Assembly (NCBI RefSeq): GCF_036321535.1 | Contig: NC_087436.1 | Coordinates: forward strand, 82,958,001 to 83,022,000 | Length of the DNA: 64,000 nucleotides | Origin: Camelus dromedarius | Lineage: Eukaryota | Direction: 5' to 3' | In this document: piece after piece, positions 55,700 through 64,000 of the stretch | How the letters are laid out: each line of letters begins with the position of its first letter | How positions within the stretch are numbered: the stretch's first letter is position 1 | Notes under the pieces: generated by a model | The model's input: only the letters and a program-made list of their open reading frames with translations | What the model was told of the DNA's origin: nothing | Databases searched by the model: none | Translations under genes and position numbers: made by a program

Positions 55700-56735
55700 C
55701 TAGAAGAAGATAAAATATAAGATGCAACTCTTTGAAGAGTGCTCTCTGATGAAAGCAACCAAAGCAGCCAGGACTTGAGCAGCCAAAATCCTGGAAAAGA
55801 GGGAAGATGTAGGTAAACCCAGCATTTGTGCCCAAGATTCTTCTCAAGGCAAATTGCACAATGGGGCAAAATGCAGAAAAACCAGGCAGAAAGAAACTGC
55901 TAGAGGCTAAAAAACAGAGGAAATATCTAATCAGCCGACCACGACCAGGGAGACAAAAATTGGAGCTGCGAGCCCAGTTGGAAACCTCAAGCTTTTGAGA
56001 TCCCAGAAGGACTATGCCCCAGGAATATGGGCAAACCAGAAACAGACTTGGCTCTACTCCAAAGTGATCCACTCATACTTTGCTAGAAGAAACTTAAATC
56101 CACTCTGAAAGTTATCATCATGCAAATTTTCAATAAAAAATTACTAAGCACGCCAGAAAATAAGACCTAATGTTCCAAAACAAGAAAACAGAAATAGACC
56201 CACAGATAATGCAGACTAGTCATCAGATACTGACTTTAAAATTAACTGAGTAATATGTCTTAAAAAGTAAATGAAAATACAGACTATCATCAAAGAACCA
56301 GAATCTACATTTTTTTTTAAATTAACAGATGGGTTTAACAGCAGTTCAGATACAGAATAGGTAAGAGAATTAGTGAACTGGCAGACTGTATGTAAAAAAC
56401 ATCCAGATTGAAAAGGGTATGAAAATAATCACATGGAAAAGACACAAAAACAAAACAACTCCAGACTGAAAAAATGAAAAAGTAGGCTTTTCTACTACAT
56501 AAAAGACCTAAGAAACAAATAAGATGTGATGAAAAAGGTCTAGCATACATGGAACTGGAGAGCTGGGAGAGAGAAAAAAAATGGAGCAGAATCAGTATCT
56601 GAAGAAATACTGGCCGAGCATTTTCCAAAACTGACAAACACAGATTGAAGAAGCCCTAAGTATACCAAAGCAGGATAGGATACACACAAGAAAACCACAC
56701 CTGAGCGTATCATAGTAGAACCGCCAGAAACCAAA
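55700..56735 (+). mobile_element. Old L1 5'/ORF1 relic
   Basis: A-rich, with ORF1-like phrases (gagaattagtgaactgg, tgaagaaatactggccgagcattttccaaaa, aagaaaaccacacc). Boundaries approximate. Confidence 0.55.
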
Positions 56736-59700
56736 ATAATCTGTGAGTAAGTGTTTCTATTCCCCCAAATGGCTCTACTATTATCACACTCAAAACGCTA
56801 TTCAATTCTGAAAACTGCAAAAGTAGGAAACCACTTAAAAGTAGGCAGCCACTTAGGACTGGCACCCAAGAAATTAAAAGTAAATAGCTTGGTTTTAATC
56901 TGTGACCACAATGAACAGTAACAATTAGCTAAAATTCTACTCTCTTACAGCAGTGAAAGAGAAGGCTCAAGGAACGAGTAATCTGTAACCTTACATCTTG
57001 ACTTCATAAACATCTTAAACCATCTCCATGTCTTCAAAAGCCAAACTATGCCAGTTCTGACACCAGCGACCACTTCTGTCACCATCACCATTTGACGTTC
57101 AGGCACTTAGGACACTTTCTAACCCTCTCCCAAGACTCATCAAGAGAATCAAATAACATACCACTTGAATTTACATAGGTCATTAGCTCAAGATAGACAT
57201 TTGTACAAGATTTTTGTGAGATTTGCTGCCGATAAAAGGCACCCACTGGAACTAAAGCATCCAAGAAAGATCATCTCTGCCCATCCAACCATCCAAGACA
57301 GAGAGCTAAAACTTATCAATGCAATCACAGTTTCAAAAGAGTGTGGATACTGAGTTTGCCTTCACTGTGATAGGGTTAAGTTTATAATTCATATTGCCTA
57401 GGGAGTGCTTGGTTCCTCACTAGATTCTGATAATCTTCCTCAGGGAGTCAGCAGAGCTTCAGTAATTCATATGTCACAAATCAAAACATGAGACAGGCAT
57501 AAATGAGGTACAGCATTCAACGGAAGCACCTCACACCAAAAAAAATTATTTCTAACACCAATACGGAACAATATGTTACTCTATGATGAAACAGAAAACA
57601 TACAGTAATGATTACAAAATAAAGAAAATACAATATCTCAGCACTATATTTACCTCAAAGTATGCAATCTCCAGTTAATACAGTATCCTGGGTTTAGATG
57701 AGTCACTAAAAGTAACTGCCTCCAAGTAAACATTAATCTCCCCCTATGGTCAAAACGTTCTGAGCAGATGTGTTGCTCCTATTGGATTAGTATTATCTTC
57801 TTTCTATATTGAAAAATAACTAAACTATACCTAGATTTCCCAAAAGCCAACTTCCCACCTTGTTGCTGCTTCCTTGCTTCCAGAGCACCTGCTGGGTCAC
57901 TTTCTGTGTCCTGGACCCACGGAAAGACTCTGAGTCCCTAGATAAAAGAAGCATCCAGATGGTTCCACAACTTACCTGAACCCAGCCTACTCTGTTAACT
58001 GGCCTGATTATCTTCTCGCCATGTGGAATAGTCCATCCAAACGTGACTGAGGGGCTTTGAAGATTCTTTCCCCCCTTTCCAGCTATCCCTTTGCTGGTGG
58101 TCTCCCATGCCACCTTTCCTTCCTGTTGCCTCCTAACTAGTGAGGCCACATTTTCACTTTTCTGAAAAGTCTGAACAACTGCCTTCCATAGATGCTGGTA
58201 TATCTATTACAAAAATGATAATTTGCATTGAAATTACCACTCTTCTCTATTTTACCCTTTACCATACTCTTAATCGTATAGTCTACTACAAACAGCGCAT
58301 AATATAATGGAAACAGCACGTAGGTAATAAAGTACAAAGGTCAGTTCTGAAGTCCCCAGCCAGACACCTGCCCACAGCTGTAAGTACTGCACCAGCTGGC
58401 AGAAGCCAGAGCCTGAAGTCAAGAGTTGAGGCCTTCCTCTTATGTTTTTTCCCCCTATGGATAATAATAGCAAACAGAGAATGCACTCTGCCTCGTAGCC
58501 ATGAGGAGATGCTGTGTAAGCACACGTCCTTCAGCTACTTACTGCAATGCCAAGATCCTGACGAGGAGTTCAGGTTCCCAGGGCACCGGCAGGTGACTGC
58601 CACAACTTGTGAACAAACAGAAACAGAAGCAGGAAAGTTTTGAATATTGTTAGAAAAGAGACTCAAAATCTGAATTTTAACTTCTATAAGTTATCCCTGG
58701 CATTTAAAAACTCCTCTGTCGATCAACAGGTTTTCACATCGTCTCTGCTTTGACAGATCACTCTGAAGCATCCGGTGTTAACACTATATTCAGGTCCACA
58801 GGCTGCTCAGGACTCTACAGCTGGGGTCAGATGGCTGAAGTCTTCAGGCCAAGGGAACAATCCGAGTCTGGCACTCTTGGTCCCCACCACATCACAGCAG
58901 AGAGATCTGGGGCACGTGGCACGAAGGACAGGTCGGCCAGACACAGAGGAAGAAGCCCCATCGCGGAAGGTCTGTATAGTCAGCAAGAAGCCACTGACAC
59001 CTTTTAAGGAGGAAAGGCTCATGATCTTAATTCTGTTTTTGAAAAACCACTCCGGCTGCTGTGTGGTGAGTGTGAAAGCAGAGGCCAGTTAGGAGGTCAC
59101 TGCAGAAAGCCAGGTGAGACGTGCTTGGACAAAGGGACAGGCTTGCGTAATGACAGATAGGACATCAAAAGTTCAAGGGCTCAGTTCTGACAGGGTAAGT
59201 TTTGGGTGCCTGTGAGATATACAAGGGGTACAGAGGAGAGGGTGAGCTTTGGTTAAAAACTGAGACCCATGAACAAAGAGTCTCATGGTTGACAAACCAC
59301 ATCTCCCTCTTGGGGTCTTCATTAGGCAATAATGTAATGCGCTGTGATTTTTAAAAAATGCTACAGACCCACATTCGATTAAGCATCCAACTGTGAACTG
59401 CTTTCCAAGAGGCATCAATGGATTTACACTGTCATACACAGTTGTAAAGTTTAGGATTTGGGCAGCTACAGTGAACTTCAAAATCCTAATTGAAGACCTT
59501 TGTCCTTGGTTTCCAGCCCCTTGGACTTCTCTCCTGTAAAGACCTTACCCTCCCTACTATCTCAGCCAAGCATGCTCCCAACCTTGGCATTGTGAATAAA
59601 GACACAATCTTCTCAGCCACCTAACTTTTCCATCTTTTATCCATCTATCTTTCCAGCCCACTCCCTCTGCTCATCAGAGGCCAACTCCCCTAGGACTTCT

Positions 59701-60309
59701 TCTGTTCCTACCAAAGTTAACCTTCTACTTACACTCTGCTTTTTATTCCCTCTTGCTTACTCAAGGATACCAACCCAGTATTTTCTACCACCCCTCACTT
59801 TTTCTCCCCTGCATCAATTTTTCCTTCTCTACTAAATATAAAATTCTGTAATTCTTCTCCCTTCTCCCCCTCCCCTACTATTAAGATGGTATATAAGCCC
59901 GAAATTCTAACAGCCCCTTGGAGTCATATTTTTTCCTAAAAAAAAAAAAAAACAAAAAACAAACCCACAGCACCTGTCCACTGCCCTCTCCCCACTATTC
60001 CCTCTTAAAACTGCTCCAGTCAGGTTCATCCCACCTTGCCCTTACACCAAAACTATTCTTGAGAATATTAGGTAACTGCCAAAGTGACGTAGCCAATGAC
60101 TTTTCTGATTAAAATATAATTCACTGACCATAAAATCCACCCTTTTAAAGTAGGGCCAATTAAGTGATTCATAGTATATTAATGATTAATTCTTAGTTGT
60201 CCCCTTATGCAAACCACCAGCAATACTGAGAGCTGAATAATCTCTCCTAGAAACTCTGATTTCAGGACAAGATCAGGAAGCTCGGTTTAGGACATGTGCC
60301 TTTTAGACA

Positions 60310-60895
60310 TTCAAGCAGAGATAAAGCAGATAGTGGGATGCTCACAGGAGAGGTTCTAGAGACACCCACAGGTGGTGTGAAGGCCCTGAAAAGGGGAGTG
60401 AGTGTTGAATACACAACCGCAGCATAAAAGTTACTTTGAGCTGAATCCATCTGTGTTCCTGATATCCCTTATCTGCCTAAAAGCAGAGCCCCACCACCAC
60501 CAAATTAATTGTCATAAATCCTATCCCTGGAAGCAACCAGGGAAAACCGACTCACTACTTAAGACAAAGAGAAATCTGCACCTAAACAGACCTGTCAAAA
60601 AACTGTCATATTTCCCATCTATTCTCCTAAAGGCCCAGTTATTTTTCCTAAAAGTCATTTGTGTGTTTCCCTAAGTGCCCTTTTCCCTCTCCCCTTCTAT
60701 TAAGATAGTATTTAAGCCTCATATTCTAACCACCCTTTTGAGTCACATTTTTCTGTGAACTCCCTTTCCACATGATTAAATGTTAACTGATCTTTTCTCT
60801 TGTTAATTTATATTTTGGTTTAATTTGCAGGCCCTCCCCCACCAAGAACTGAACCTAAGAGAGCAGAGGAAAAGTTTTTCCTCCCCTCTTCTGCA
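60310..60895 (+). mobile_element. ERV1-class LTR (MER34/MER39-like)
   Basis: Characteristic 3' end gaacctaagagagcagaggaaaagtttttcctcccct, a TATA-like tatttaag and attaaa. Family from recall; boundaries approximate. Confidence 0.55.
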
Positions 60896-62698
60896 ACTAA
60901 GAGGAAATTCAAGCACTGAGTCCTGAGGATATGTTTAAAACAGTGACGATCAGGAAGCACCAGCCAAGAAATACGCAATTTGACAAAGTTAAAAATTACC
61001 AACTCCCTTCATTCCTACAAATTACACAACAAATCACTTATTTTAGAGATGGTAATCTGGTTCGTGATGTGTAAAAAGGATGTAAATAAGGCCCAAAGAA
61101 GTGATTCTCTCATATACTGCAGTTCAAGATAACTGGAGGTCAGATGGAAAAGTACTGATGCTTCTTTCCACATTCTTTAGTAACAAGCAGAGGGAAAATA
61201 AAACAGTGCTGGCCATGACCTAGCACTTCAAATGTAGCTGGTGAATCTTCTGTTATTTAATTTATTCACTTAATTTTAAATAGCCACATGTGGCTGATAG
61301 TTACCATATTGGACAACATATGTCTAGACTGTTTACTTTTTCAAAATATAGTTAGTCATTCCTGGGTTACTTTATAAATAACCAATTTTATAACCTCATA
61401 AAAGATATATATACTTGAACATTTCGAGGCCACCCCAATCACTCCCATATCCATCCCGCATCAAAAAAAAAAAGATACATATACTTGGTACATGCTGTTA
61501 TCAAATTCATTTCTGAGTTTTAAAACAGCACAAAACTATATTATATTTACTTCAAAAACATGATAGTGTTATTTATTTCAGGTTGAGAATAACAAATCTA
61601 TAAAATGATCAGTATACAATGGCTGAAAAAGGCAATGATCAGTTTTTTTAGAACTGTCTTCCGAACAACTGTTTAATTGAATTAGATTACTTTCCTCAAA
61701 CAAATGAGGTGAATCTCTAAAGAACTGAATCTGATCCCCAAACAGACTTCACATTTTACCAAAACATTTTTGACCATAACACAATATTTCATAACATTTT
61801 CATAGTGAATTTCATACTCCTTTATTCAGAATGTCAAATACCAAAGGTGAGCCAATGAAAGAAAAATAATCAATTTAAATAAACTATAACCCTCCCAGCC
61901 ACACTCCAAGGCTTTCTTATAGCAGTCACAAAGATCTCTCTAACAATGTATGACCAGTATTTAGATCACAGCACACCAAACAAATTAGTATTAACATTTT
62001 TTTCTAGCTCCAGCTTTAGTGCAGGAAATTTCTCTCCTACCCTTTTGGCCTTCAGCCATCTCCCAAATTATAAGTAAAAGAATGATATTTAAAGGTAACT
62101 CCTTTAGACTTTATTGCAAATCTGCCACTGTCTAAAGCTATATTTGCATCTGAAGACAAAATCTGCCTAGAGGCTATTGTAAAAGCAGGGACTTAACGTC
62201 CATTATTTTTGTATCCTTTGGAGCTCATCATATTCTGCTCAATTATTTCCACTGAATGAAAGACCAAATCACACAGCCCTATATTGAGCAAAGTAGCTTC
62301 TTAAAGATATTATAAGCACAAACAAGAGGAAGTCACTAAACATCATGTTTAGAGAGGTCATTTGGAGAAGTTAAATTCTGGTAGGATCAGTAAACTACAT
62401 ATACAAATTAGGGCATAAATACACACCACAGAAGGTTTCACTTGGGATCTGTGAAAGGCAAGGACAAGTCTTAAGGAATACTACCTAAGAACTCAATATA
62501 TTAACACAGCTGGAGTTCAGAGAATATATTATTATCCCATTTCAAAGCAGGACATTCTTCCAGCCAGGAATGTCCTTCCCCACCTCTTTGCCTACAACCT
62601 CAAATTCACTTGAGAACTGAAAGATTAAAAGACAGTTTCATCCCTCAGAGAGCACATGACCTAGAGGTGGGAGGTGGGGGGTCAAAAGTGGCCTCCTA

Positions 62699-63411
62699 CA
62701 GACATTTAAACAAGAAGGTCCTACTGCATAGCACGGGGAACTATATTCAATATCTTATAATAGCCCATAATGAAAAAGAATATGAAAAAGAACATGTATG
62801 TATGAGGTGGGAAGCCCCATAAAAAAGACCGGCAGGACCCCCAGGCAGGGCCACTACTCTCCTGCCAGCACCATCCGGTTCCCTGGCCCAGCGGCTCTAT
62901 CTTACTTTTTGCCTCTGAAATGGCTTACTTCTAGGAAAGTGGACCTTACCCCTAAAATTCTATTGGTTCCCTAAGCCAACTCCTGATTGGTCCATTTGTA
63001 GTACTTCATTTGCATGGAGCTCACTCCTGATTGGTTATTTCTCTCCCTCCTGATTGGTTCATTTCTACAAAACTTGTTCCTAATTAATCAACTTTTGTTA
63101 TACTTTATTTGCATATGATGTTGCAAAGTGTAAACTGGCAGCCTATAAAAGCCTGTGTAAACCTACAGACAGGGTCCAGAGCTTGGAGTGTTAACTCCTC
63201 TGGGCCCGCTGGCATAATAAACCTGAGTTCTCCAACTCTCCGAGTGCTGCTTGGTCTCTTGCCCAGATCCAGGTTGCTGTTACAACTGAGCTGTAACACT
63301 GAGCTATAACACATTTTTCTGCAACATGTACATATATGACTGAATCGCTCTGCTGTACAACAGAAACTAACACACTGTAAATCAACTGTACTTCGATTAA
63401 AAAAAAAAAAG
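62699..63411 (+). mobile_element. Truncated L1 3' end split by an LTR insertion
   Basis: L1 3'UTR halves at 62699-62802 and 63327-63411, ending in poly(A). TSD AAGTGGC(C/T)TCCTA at 62686-62698 and 63412-63424. Confidence 0.8.
62803..63326 (+). mobile_element. ERV1-class solo LTR (524 bp)
   Basis: TG...CA termini, a 4-bp TSD TGTA at 62799-62802 and 63327-63330, TATAAAA at 63144-63150 and AATAAA at 63216-63221. Confidence 0.85.
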
Positions 63412-63596
63412 AAGTGGCTTCCTAGAGGAGACTAACCAGATGATGTGAAGAGGGGAAAAGAGAAAGTTGGTCTAGTAAAGAAAAGCAAAAGTCCTTAAAC
63501 TGAAAGAGACTGTTGGGAAACACATGCAGTTTAAAATACTATAGTTTATGTTTCGGGAAGGAGTGAAGTGGGAGGAAAGGGGCAGGGCACAATCAC

Positions 63597-64000
63597 TGAA
63601 GGAATGACACAGCCATCAAAGACAGGACAAGCTGGTTAGAACCTAGATGGTGGAAGATTCTACTGCCAGCAGACCTTGAGAGTCATGGCGCACCCACAGG
63701 CACCGTGACAGTTCCTAGGCTGCCTTTAAGAGGTCAAAAGTGGGCAGGGAGGATGTTTCCTGGAAATCCTTGCCCCTTCCCCAAAGCAGTTGGAATAATC
63801 CTCCCACTTGTTAGCATATGAAATTGCCGAGCCCATAAACCCTAACAACTCCGCACCTTGTGGCCGCTCTCACTCGCTCTGCCACCCTCGCTCTGTTGTG
63901 CTCACCTTCTGAGTTGGTCCGCACTCTGTCCACGGAGTATGTATTGACTTTTACTTTAAACACCCCACACCTCTCGGCTTCTCTCCCTCTCACCTTTCTG
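63597..64000 (+). mobile_element. MER41-like ERV1 LTR, running off the window end
   Basis: Contains cccacaggcaccgtgacagtt, TTCCTGGAA and aataatcctcccacttgttagcatat, resembling recalled MER41-family LTRs. Start approximate. Confidence 0.55.

Noticed and set aside
55551..56072. 173-aa minus-strand ORF in ABCG2 intron 1
   Set aside because: It is an F/L-rich antisense reading of an A-rich L1 relic, with no recognisable homology.

Overview
This is mammalian genomic DNA, not prokaryotic. The window holds two convergent (tail-to-tail) genes. On the + strand are the last six exons and 3'UTR of PKD2 (polycystin-2; exons 10-15 by human numbering, 402-~10500). On the - strand are all 15 coding exons of ABCG2 (BCRP; CDS 54373->20705, 1971 nt = 656 aa, intact, all introns GT-AG). 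I did not identify the ABCG2 non-coding exon 1 or promoter, which probably lie beyond the right end. The rest is intronic or intergenic sequence rich in transposons: a young 5'-truncated L1 between the genes, several short L1 3' ends with target-site duplications (TSDs), tRNA-Ala-derived SINEs, ERV1/MaLR/ERVL LTR relics, and hAT and Tigger MITEs. The SINE type, and the apparent absence of Alu, B1, Bov-A or PRE-1 elements, suggest a camelid (inference). I see no previously undescribed biological system. The best leads are regulatory: a solo LTR rich in CCAAT and octamer motifs, and an adjacent MER41-like LTR with a GAS motif, both in ABCG2 intron 1. There are also miRNA seed sites and an extra ABCG2 glycosylation sequon. 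Repeat family names and comparisons with human or cattle come from recall, not from a database search. Most ORFs in the supplied track are spurious.
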